From positions 64,001 through 128,000 of the forward strand of contig CBDBKE010000002.1 in assembly GCA_965206645.1 (NCBI GenBank): a stretch of DNA of 64,000 nt, in the 5' to 3' direction. The DNA comes from Terriglobia bacterium (GTDB lineage: Bacteria; Acidobacteriota; Terriglobia; JAJPHL01; JAPKYU01). The notes under the pieces are model-generated. The model had not been told where the DNA came from and ran no database searches. It saw only the letters and a list, made by a program, of their open reading frames with translations. This document shows, one piece after another, positions 38,295-46,704 of the stretch; position 1 is the first letter of the stretch; every line of letters starts with the position of its first letter. A program made the position numbers and the translations under genes.

Positions 38295-38441
38295 TCCTGG
38301 AGGATCACCGCTAAAGTTGAGTCGCTGAGACTTACCCCGGATTTCCTTTATGAACTATCGGCGGCAACCTTCTGAATGACTCCAACGTCAGTATTGATGC
38401 GGGTTCCAGCATCAACATTGCCTTCCGGAGGTGTACACCGA

Positions 38442-39770
38442 ATGGGTGAGAGCCAAAAACAGGCGTTTCAACTGTCATTCAACCGGTTTCTGCGGGTCAC
38501 ATTTCAGGGATCGCGAATCACTTCCGACGGCGGTCTGATTGTGGTGCGCGAGTTGGACGAACGTTTGGGGTTCGGCGAACTTATCGAACAGCACTTGATC
38601 GACTCTCGGGGGAAGAACACCCGGTTGCCCCTCGCTGACTTGCTGCGGCAGTCCATCTACAGCCGCTTGGCAGGATACGAAGACGTCAACGACGCCGAGC
38701 GGCTTTCCCGAGATCCGACGTTCCGGGTGATCGGTTCGGAGAAGATCTGGGAACGTGGCGCAGCCCTGACTTCCCGGTTACAGTCGTTCGAGACAGAACT
38801 GCTGACGCAAGACGAGAACCTTGCTGGTTTGGCAGCGATCAACCGGGATTTGATCGCCAGGGCGGAAGCTATGGATGCGCCGCGCCGGGTGGTGCTGGAC
38901 ATGGACAGCACCGAGATCCCGGTCTACGGCGAACAGGAGCAGAGCGCCTACAACGGGCATTTCGAGTCGAGTTGCTATCACCCGTTGTTGCTGTTCAGTC
39001 GCGAGGGTGACTGTCTGGCGGCCAAGCTGCGACCCGGCAACGTGCACAGCGCCGAGGATTGGGAAGAACTTCTCCTGCCAGAGATCGAACGGCAGCAGAA
39101 GCTGGGCAAGGAAGTGGTGTTTCGCGCCGACGCCGCCTTCGCCAAGCCGGAGATCTACGACGCACTGGAGGAGCGGGACGTGAAGTATGCGATTCGCATC
39201 CCGGCCAACGACAGTCTGGAGAGGGACATCGCGGAGTTGTTGACGCGGTCAGTGGGGCGACCGAGCCACAAGCCGGTGGTCTGGCACAAGAGCTTTCTCT
39301 ACCAGGCAGCCAGTTGGAAAAAGGCGCGGCGGGTGGTGGCGAAGGTGGAGTTCCACTTTGGCGAACTGTTCCCTCGCGTGGGGTTCATCGTCACCAATCT
39401 GGAGACCGACAGCCGGGCGGTGGTCCGGTTCTACAACAAGCGGGGCACCGCAGAGCAATGGATCAAGGAAGGCAAGCAGGCGGTAAAGATGACCCGGCTG
39501 AGTTGCCATCGGTTTCGGTCGAACGAGGTGCGCCTATGGCTGAGCCTGATCGCCTACAACTTGGGAAACCTGTGGCGGCGGCTGGTGCTACCGAAGAGGA
39601 TCAATAACTGGTCGCTGACGAGTTTGCAGCAGCGGCTGGTGAAAACGGGCGGACGGCTGGTGAAACATGCGCGATATTACTGGCTTTTGCTGGCCGAAGG
39701 GCACTTGAGCCGGAGGCTGTTCAGCAGCATGCTGCGAACGATCTCGGCACTGCCGCTGCCAGACGGCTAG
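38442..39770 (+). CDS. IS1380-family DDE transposase
   Basis: TSDGGL, GYEDVND, LDMDST, RPGN, RADAAF, YNKRGTAEQWIKEGK. Confidence 0.93.
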   Translation: MGESQKQAFQLSFNRFLRVTFQGSRITSDGGLIVVRELDERLGFGELIEQHLIDSRGKNTRLPLADLLRQSIYSRLAGYEDVNDAERLSRDPTFRVIGSEKIWERGAALTSRLQSFETELLTQDENLAGLAAINRDLIARAEAMDAPRRVVLDMDSTEIPVYGEQEQSAYNGHFESSCYHPLLLFSREGDCLAAKLRPGNVHSAEDWEELLLPEIERQQKLGKEVVFRADAAFAKPEIYDALEERDVKYAIRIPANDSLERDIAELLTRSVGRPSHKPVVWHKSFLYQAASWKKARRVVAKVEFHFGELFPRVGFIVTNLETDSRAVVRFYNKRGTAEQWIKEGKQAVKMTRLSCHRFRSNEVRLWLSLIAYNLGNLWRRLVLPKRINNWSLTSLQQRLVKTGGRLVKHARYYWLLLAEGHLSRRLFSSMLRTISALPLPDG

Positions 39771-39929
39771 CGACCCAGGAGAGAGGGTAATTTTAGGTGC
39801 TCAGAAGTGGTCGGGCCGGACAAGTGTCAGCGGCGAGGCAGGCTGGGCAGGCGAAACCCGCACAGCGACTCCGAAGAACAGCCAAAATGTGCCGCACTAC
39901 CACCTCAAAGAGGCCCGGGCGATTTGCGA

Positions 39930-39958
39930 TTGACACGACAGGGTAAGAGGCATAGGTT
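39930..39958 (+). promoter_or_regulatory. Outward-facing promoter in the IS1380 right end
   Basis: TTGACA-17 bp-TAGGTT. Confidence 0.6.
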
Positions 39959-40111
39959 TTCGGGTGAAGGGGAAGCTCAAAATGGAAATTCCGGCTTACA
40001 GGATTAGCCTCCGGTTTGGAGAATCAGTCCCGCCATGTCTCGAAGGCCATACCGGCCGCATCGCCAGTTTCGATGCCAGTTTCGATGGTTGACGGCCCAC
40101 TCGGAACTAAT

Positions 40112-40157
40112 CCACTTGTCTGTATAACGCCCTTATCGCGGAAACTGACCCACTACC
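40112..40157. repeat. Copy 2 of the ~45-bp ATAA-N5-TTAT site
   Basis: CCACTTGTCTGTATAACGCCCTTATCGCGGAAACTGACCCACTACC; same orientation as 31571-31614. Confidence 0.7.
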
Positions 40158-40172
40158 AGGCTCCCGGAGCGC

Positions 40173-40201
40173 TTGACAGTACTTAGGGACACATCTAGAC
40201 T
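40173..40201 (+). promoter_or_regulatory. Sigma70 promoter
   Basis: TTGACA-17 bp-TAGACT. Confidence 0.7.
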
Positions 40202-40290
40202 GTGGCGTGGAGGCTGGGGTGGATACAATAGCCCAACCGGTGTTTGTGCAGGACCTTCTTCCCCACAATTAGTCTACTGAGGACAAGCTG

Positions 40291-43200
40291 ATGCGTTGGT
40301 TTCGAGTGACGAGTTACGCTTTGGTCGCTTCGCTGCTGCTGTCGACCCTTTTTGCGGCCTCGCCGGCCACGCCAAAGTCTGCGGAATCGGTCGACTTCCA
40401 GCGAGACGTGCGTCCGATTCTCTCAGACAACTGCTTTCAGTGCCATGGGCCGGACAGCAAGACGCGTATGGCGGACGTGCGGCTAGACACCCGGGAGGGT
40501 GCTTTTGCCTCACACGATGACAGCGCGCCGGTGGTTGCCGGAGACCTGCAGGCGAGTCTCCTCTACCAGCGCATTACGGCCAAGGACCCCGCCAAGCGCA
40601 TGCCTCCGGTCTTCTCAAAAAAGGAGCTGACCGCCGAGCAGATCGATATCCTGAAGCGCTGGATCGAACAGGGCGCTTCTTGGGATCAGCACTGGTCGTT
40701 TCGGGCGCTGCAGCGGCCGGATCCAGCGGTTGTCAAGAACGAGTCGTGGGTTCGCAACGGGATTGACCGGCTCATCCTGGCCCGGCTGGAGGCTGAGGGC
40801 CTTGAGCCGGCTCCCGAGGCAGACCGCCGCACGTTGATTCGCCGCCTCTCACTCGACCTCACTGGTCTTCCCCCGAGACCAGAACAAGTCGAAGCCTTTG
40901 TGAATGATACCGCCGAGGACGCGTACGAGAGGCTGGTCCAGAAACTGTTCGATTCCTCCCATTGGGGGGAGCACCGTGGGCGCTACTGGCTCGAAGCAGC
41001 TCGCTACGCCGATACTCACGGGCTGCACATCGACAACTACCGCGAAATGTGGCCCTACCGCGATTGGGTGATCAACGCCTTCAACCGGAACGTGCCGTTC
41101 GACCGCTTCACGATCGAGCAGCTCGCGGGGGATCTTCTGCAGAATCCCACGCTGGAACAGCGCGTCGCCACCGGCTTCCATCGCTGCAACGTCACCACCG
41201 ACGAAGGGGGGGTGATCCTCAAGGAAGTGGAAGCCATTTATGCCAAAGATCGCGCGGATACGACCGGCACCGTGTGGCTGGGTTTGACCGTCGCCTGCGC
41301 CACCTGCCACGACCACAAGTTTGATCCGATCTCCACGAAGGACTTCTATTCGATGACGGCCTTCTTCCGGAACACCACACAGTACGCATTGGATGGCAAC
41401 GTCTCCCACCCGCCGCCGATCGTCGTGGTTCCGCGCCCGGAAGAGACGCGCCGTTGGCAGGAGCTCAAGCGCGAAGTGGCGCAAGTCGCGAGCCGCATGC
41501 AAGCGCTGGACTCCTCGGCGGACGACGAGTTCGAAGCGTGGCTCGCGAGCGGGGAGTATCGCTCTGTGGAGGCGCCTCTGGAGAAGTCCTCCGAGGTTTT
41601 GACACTTTCGCTCGGCGACGGAGTCGCCGTGAACTTACCAGACCGTAAGGTCGAGATCGACCTGCCAAAAGGCATCAGCCTGGGCGCCGGGCCGGACGAG
41701 GATCTCAGAGCGCTGCGGTTTACCGGGGAAGCCTGGGGCGAGTTGCCTAACATCGAACACCTCGACTCGGACCGCCCCTTCTCCATCACCGTCTGGGTCT
41801 ATCACCCCAAAGAAGACGGGGGTTTCACTGTAGCCAGCCAGGCGGACCCCGAGGATAAGTGGCGTGGTTGGTCCCTCCACATCAGTAGACACATAGCTAT
41901 GTTCAAAATGGTGAGCGATGACGGCGAGTCCATCAGGCTCGGACCGGACCACTTGCAGCAGATGGAGGGCGGGACCTGGAACCACGTGGCGGTGAGCTAT
42001 GACGGCAGTGGGGAAACCGCCGGGCTGAACTACTACCTGAATGGGAAGCTCATCCTCACGCGGGGTAGTGAGTACTTTGCGAAGATCGAGGGCAACATCC
42101 GCACCAGCCAGCCGATCCTGTTGGGGAGGCACGTCAGCCAGGAGAATGACGCCGACACCTGGTATTTCGACGGCGGGGCCCTTTCCGACTTTCGGATCTT
42201 CAACCGCGCGATCACCGTCGAGCAAGCCCGGCTGGTCTCGCTTTGGCCTGTATTGCAACGGGCGCGGAAAAAGAAAGCCACCGAGCTGACTCAAGACGAG
42301 CGGGAGGCCCTGCGTCTCTATCATCTCAACCTCAGGCGCAAAGATGAGGATTCCCACCAGCTTGCGGCACGGTTGAACGAACTCAAGCTCGAGCAGCGGG
42401 AAGTGCGGCGCCGCGGCGGCATCACGCACGTGATGCAGGAGCGCAGCGACGTCGCGCCGTTTGCCCACGTCCTCTATCGCGGCATGTACGACCGGCCTCA
42501 GGACCGCGTCGAGCCGACCACCCCAGCGGCTTTGCCGCCGATGCCGGCTTCTTTCCCTCGCAATCGGCTTGGCTTGGCGAAGTGGCTTGTGGACGACTCG
42601 AATCCGTTGACCCCGCGCGTTGCCGCCAATCGCTTCTGGCAGGAGGTCTTCGGTACGGGCATCGTGAAAACCTCCGACGATTTCGGCTCTCAAGGTGAGC
42701 GCCCGTCTCATCCAGAGTTGCTCGACTGGCTGGCGGTCGAGTTCCGAGACTCGGGCTGGAACGTCAAGGACTTCTTCCGCTTGATCGTGACTTCGGCCAC
42801 CTACCGACAGTCGGCGGCCACCACCGAAGGGAAGCTGGCGAAAGACCCGGAGAACCGGCTTCTCTCGCGAGGGCCGCGGTTCCGCATGGACGCCGAGATA
42901 GTGCGCGATTATGCGCTGGCGGCCAGCGGTCTGCTGGTCTCTGCGATCGGTGGGCCGAGTGTGAAACCTTACCAGCCTGAAGGTGTTTGGGAAACGGTAG
43001 CGATGCCGCAGAGCAACACCAGCAACTACAAGCAGGACCATGGCGACAAGCTCTACCGCCGCAGCCTCTATACCTTCTGGAAAAGGTCCGCTCCACCGGC
43101 ATCCATGGTGACTTTCAACGCTCCCACACGGGAGAACTGCACGGTGCGGCGGGAGCGCACGAACACGCCGCTACAGGCGCTTTTGACGATGAACGATACG

Positions 43201-43509
43201 CAGTTTGTCGAGGCTTCACGCTATCTGGCCCAGAAGACGCTTGAGGAGGCTGGCGAAGACTTTGACAGCCAGCTCGACTATATGACGCTGCGCCTGCTGG
43301 CCCGCAGGCTCGAAGAAGATGAGCGGGTGGTGGCGCGGCGGGCGTATGAGGATTTCCTGGGCTACTACCGAGAGAATCGGGGGGACGCAGGGAAGCTGCT
43401 GGCCACCGGGGAATCCGAGCCGGACCAGGCGCTGCCCCAGGTGGAGTCTGCGGCTATGACCATGCTGGCCAACCAGATCATGAATCTGGACGAGGTTTTG
43501 AACAAGTAG
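40291..43509 (+). CDS. Planctomycete cytochrome c + DUF1549 + LamG-like + DUF1553 protein
   Basis: Signal peptide, CFQCH, CATCH, WNHVAVSYDG (LamG-like), NPLTPRVAANRFW, YRRSLYTFWKRS. Confidence 0.92.
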   Translation: MRWFRVTSYALVASLLLSTLFAASPATPKSAESVDFQRDVRPILSDNCFQCHGPDSKTRMADVRLDTREGAFASHDDSAPVVAGDLQASLLYQRITAKDPAKRMPPVFSKKELTAEQIDILKRWIEQGASWDQHWSFRALQRPDPAVVKNESWVRNGIDRLILARLEAEGLEPAPEADRRTLIRRLSLDLTGLPPRPEQVEAFVNDTAEDAYERLVQKLFDSSHWGEHRGRYWLEAARYADTHGLHIDNYREMWPYRDWVINAFNRNVPFDRFTIEQLAGDLLQNPTLEQRVATGFHRCNVTTDEGGVILKEVEAIYAKDRADTTGTVWLGLTVACATCHDHKFDPISTKDFYSMTAFFRNTTQYALDGNVSHPPPIVVVPRPEETRRWQELKREVAQVASRMQALDSSADDEFEAWLASGEYRSVEAPLEKSSEVLTLSLGDGVAVNLPDRKVEIDLPKGISLGAGPDEDLRALRFTGEAWGELPNIEHLDSDRPFSITVWVYHPKEDGGFTVASQADPEDKWRGWSLHISRHIAMFKMVSDDGESIRLGPDHLQQMEGGTWNHVAVSYDGSGETAGLNYYLNGKLILTRGSEYFAKIEGNIRTSQPILLGRHVSQENDADTWYFDGGALSDFRIFNRAITVEQARLVSLWPVLQRARKKKATELTQDEREALRLYHLNLRRKDEDSHQLAARLNELKLEQREVRRRGGITHVMQERSDVAPFAHVLYRGMYDRPQDRVEPTTPAALPPMPASFPRNRLGLAKWLVDDSNPLTPRVAANRFWQEVFGTGIVKTSDDFGSQGERPSHPELLDWLAVEFRDSGWNVKDFFRLIVTSATYRQSAATTEGKLAKDPENRLLSRGPRFRMDAEIVRDYALAASGLLVSAIGGPSVKPYQPEGVWETVAMPQSNTSNYKQDHGDKLYRRSLYTFWKRSAPPASMVTFNAPTRENCTVRRERTNTPLQALLTMNDTQFVEASRYLAQKTLEEAGEDFDSQLDYMTLRLLARRLEEDERVVARRAYEDFLGYYRENRGDAGKLLATGESEPDQALPQVESAAMTMLANQIMNLDEVLNK

Positions 43510-43536
43510 CGCTGCAGACGGAGGGGAGCATCCAAG

Positions 43537-45003
43537 ATGCATCCATCGAAAGAAGCCATTCTGACCGAAACCCGGCGGCAGTTCTTCGCTCGCGGCGGCC
43601 AATGGCTTGGTGCGCTCGCGCTGGCCAGCCTGGTTGCTGAGGAGGCGAAAGGCACTCCGAAAGGGGCGGAGGCCTACGGAGGGCTGCCTAACTTGCCGCA
43701 TTTCGCGCCCAAGGCCAAGCGGGTGATCTATCTCCATACCATGGGCGCGCCGCCGCAGATGGACCTGTTCGACTACAAGCCCAAGCTGAAGAACTGGTAC
43801 GGCAAGGAACTGCCCGATTCGATTCGGCAGGGCCAGCGTCTGACGACCATGACCGCCGGCCAGGCACGCTTCCCGATTGCCCCTCCGGTCTGGGAATTTC
43901 ACCAGCACGGCCAGAGCGGTGCATGGATCTCCGACCTTCTGCCGAACATCGCCAAGATGGCCGATGACATGGCGATCGTTCGTTCCATGCATACCGAGGC
44001 GATCAACCACGAGCCGGCCATCACGTTTATCCAAACCGGCCGGATGATCGCGGGTCTTCCCTGCATCGGCTCCTGGCTCGCCTACGGTCTGGGCAGCATG
44101 AACCGAGATTTGCCGACGTTCGTGGTGATGAACGCGAAGCGTGGCCACCGCAAGGCGGCCGTGCAGGCGATTTCGACGCGTCTTTGGAGCGCAGGTTTCC
44201 TCTCGGCCGAGCACGCGGGCGTTGCTCTGCGCGCGGGCGCCGACCCGGTCCTCTACGTCAAGAATCCAGATGGAGTTCCCCAGCAGATCCGGCGGCGTAT
44301 GCTGGATGGTCTGAGTGCGCTGAATCAAATCCAGCACCAGAAGATCGGTGATCCGGAGACGCTGGCGCGAATCGAGCAGTTCGAGATGGCCTTCCGGATG
44401 CAAGCGTCGGTGCCGGAGATGAGTGATCTTGCCAGCGAGCCGGAGAGCACCTACAAGCGCTATGGAGAAGACGCGCGGGAGGCGGGCACGGTCGCCTATA
44501 GCTTACTGATGGCGCGACGGCTGATCGAGCGCGGCGTGCGTTTCGTGCAGATCTACCATCGCGGTTGGGACGTGCACAGGAATGTGCCTGAAGTGCTGCC
44601 GGGCCAGTGCAGGGCTGTCGACCAGCCCTGCTGGGCGTTGGTGCAGGACCTCAAGGAACGTGGTCTGTTTGATGACACGCTGGTGGTGTGGGGCGGCGAG
44701 TTCGGCCGCACGGTCTACTCCCAGGGCAAGCTCACACCCACCGACTACGGCCGCGACCATCATCCGCGCTGCTTCAGCATCTGGATGGCCGGCGCCGGCA
44801 TCAAGGGTGGGGTCGTCTACGGCGAAACGGACGATTTCTCCTATAACATCGTTAAGGACCCGGTCCACGTTCGCGACTTCCAGGCGACGCTCCTGCACCT
44901 GTTCGGCATTGACCACGAACGGTTCACCTACAGGCACCAGGGGCTGGAGGCGAAGCTGACCGGCGTCGAGCCCGCCAAAGTCGTGAAACCGGTTCTGGCG
45001 TAA
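43537..45003 (+). CDS. DUF1501 protein
   Basis: TRRQFF Tat-like motif, GAPPQMDLFDYKP, WDVH, GGEFGRT...GRDHH. Confidence 0.92.
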   Translation: MHPSKEAILTETRRQFFARGGQWLGALALASLVAEEAKGTPKGAEAYGGLPNLPHFAPKAKRVIYLHTMGAPPQMDLFDYKPKLKNWYGKELPDSIRQGQRLTTMTAGQARFPIAPPVWEFHQHGQSGAWISDLLPNIAKMADDMAIVRSMHTEAINHEPAITFIQTGRMIAGLPCIGSWLAYGLGSMNRDLPTFVVMNAKRGHRKAAVQAISTRLWSAGFLSAEHAGVALRAGADPVLYVKNPDGVPQQIRRRMLDGLSALNQIQHQKIGDPETLARIEQFEMAFRMQASVPEMSDLASEPESTYKRYGEDAREAGTVAYSLLMARRLIERGVRFVQIYHRGWDVHRNVPEVLPGQCRAVDQPCWALVQDLKERGLFDDTLVVWGGEFGRTVYSQGKLTPTDYGRDHHPRCFSIWMAGAGIKGGVVYGETDDFSYNIVKDPVHVRDFQATLLHLFGIDHERFTYRHQGLEAKLTGVEPAKVVKPVLA

Positions 45004-45131
45004 AAACCAGCTTCACAAGACCTCGGACGCTTGGGGTCAGGCCCTTTCTGGATTTCATGGTCCCTAGACAAGCCCACCGCGGGATCTCCGTTTCTCAATT
45101 GATCAAGTATGCGCACCGGAAAGGTGAGCTG

Positions 45132-46322
45132 ATGAGCAGGATGGGAAAAGCGATTCGTTGGTGCATCGTCTTGGCGGCGGTAGTTTTGCTAGCAGCCGGA
45201 GCCCTACCTCCCGAGAGGCCGCTTCTGGCCGAGAGGCCACTTCTGGGCGAGGGGCCGCTCCTGGAGCAACGAGAAGTGTTCCGCGCCGGGGAAGACGGCT
45301 ACCACACTTACCGTATTCCCGCGCTGACCGTCACAAAGAAGGGGACCTTGCTGGCGTTTTGCGAGGCCCGCAGAAACAACCAACGGGATCATGGTGACAT
45401 CGACCTAGTGGTGAAGCGAAGTACGGATGGTGGGAGAAGCTGGTCTGCGCAAAAGGTCGTCTGCGAAGAGGGCGGCAAGGCCGAAATCACGATCGGCAAT
45501 CCCGCTCCGGTGGTGGACCGGGACACGGGGACGATCTGGCTGCCCATGTGCCGCGACAATCGGGATGTCCTGATCACAAAAAGCACCGACGACGGCCTGA
45601 CGTGGTCTAAGCCAGTCGATATCACGCGGTCGGTGAAGAAGCCCGACTGGGGCTGGTACGCGACGGGCCCCGGCATTGGTATTCAGCTGCGCGGCGGCCC
45701 GCACAAGGGGCGCCTCATCATCCCCTGCGATCATCGAGAACCAGTCGGTGACCGGATGGTCAAGAAATCCCATGTCTTCTATAGTGACGACCACGGCAAG
45801 ACCTGGCAGCTTGGCGATTCGGTGGCCGAGCACACCGACGAATGCCAGCTGGTGGAGACCGCCGACGGATCGCTGCTCGTGAACATGCGCAACTACTGGG
45901 AGCACGATGGACATCAGCCCGAAAAAGGGGGCAAGCGCGTCACCGCCCGGAGCCAGGACGGCGGCCAGACATGGACCGACCTCCAGTTCGATGAGACGCT
46001 GATCGAGCCGACTTGCCAGGCCAGCTTCCTTCGCTACACTCATGAGAAGATGCACGACAAAAACCGCTTGCTGTTCTCCAATCCTGCCAGCAAGGACGAC
46101 CGGGTCAGAATGACGGTGCGCATGAGCTACGACGAAGGCAAGACCTGGCCCGTGGGCAAGTTGCTTAACGAAGGGCAGTCCGCTTACTCGTCGTTGGCCG
46201 TGCTTTCTGACAATACCATCGGATGCTTGTACGAGCGTGGCCGGGAACACCCTTACGAGAAGATAACGTTCGCCCGGTTCAACTTGGCGTGGCTGACCGA
46301 TGGATCCGATCGGCTCAAATAA
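45132..46322 (+). CDS. Secreted sialidase (GH33/BNR)
   Basis: YRIP motif; Asp boxes STDGGRSW, STDDGLTW, SDDHGKTW, SQDGGQTW, SYDEGKTW. Confidence 0.92.
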   Translation: MSRMGKAIRWCIVLAAVVLLAAGALPPERPLLAERPLLGEGPLLEQREVFRAGEDGYHTYRIPALTVTKKGTLLAFCEARRNNQRDHGDIDLVVKRSTDGGRSWSAQKVVCEEGGKAEITIGNPAPVVDRDTGTIWLPMCRDNRDVLITKSTDDGLTWSKPVDITRSVKKPDWGWYATGPGIGIQLRGGPHKGRLIIPCDHREPVGDRMVKKSHVFYSDDHGKTWQLGDSVAEHTDECQLVETADGSLLVNMRNYWEHDGHQPEKGGKRVTARSQDGGQTWTDLQFDETLIEPTCQASFLRYTHEKMHDKNRLLFSNPASKDDRVRMTVRMSYDEGKTWPVGKLLNEGQSAYSSLAVLSDNTIGCLYERGREHPYEKITFARFNLAWLTDGSDRLK

Positions 46323-46363
46323 ATCAGGCTCACGAATACATGCTGAGACGGAAAGTTGGCGGG

Positions 46364-46704
46364 TCAGCCTGCTATTCGCCATCGTGCCTGCCGGAGCAGT
46401 GCTTTTGGCGACTCTTTGATCAGCTCGTACCACACGGTGAGCAGAGAATCATCCTCAAGCTGCAGGGTAGATGGATAACCCAGGTCGGTGGACGTGCCGT
46501 CGTCGGAAATGATCATTGGCTCCGACCACGTGCGACCATGGTCTTCGCTCAGACGAGTCTGATTGCCCAGTGGTGGGCGGCGGTGGCCATAGCTCATCAG
46601 CAGCCGCCCATCCTTCAGCCGCAGCAAGTGAGATGGCAGCCCCCATACCCCGATGGGGTGTGGGACTGACCAGGTCTTGCCTCCGTCAGACGATTCGCTT
46701 TGAA
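46364..46704 (-). pseudogene. 3' remnant of a BNR/sialidase-like gene cut by IS1380
   Basis: SSDGGKTW, SEDHGRTW, DLGYPS; abuts the IS end at 46705 and no 5' part follows the far IS end. Confidence 0.8.

Larger units (their letters stand above)
38336..39994 (+). mobile_element. IS1380-family element, complete, 5-bp target duplication CTTAC
   Basis: Ends CCCGGATTTCC / GGAAATTCCGG; CTTAC at 38331-38335 and 39995-39999. Confidence 0.9.
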
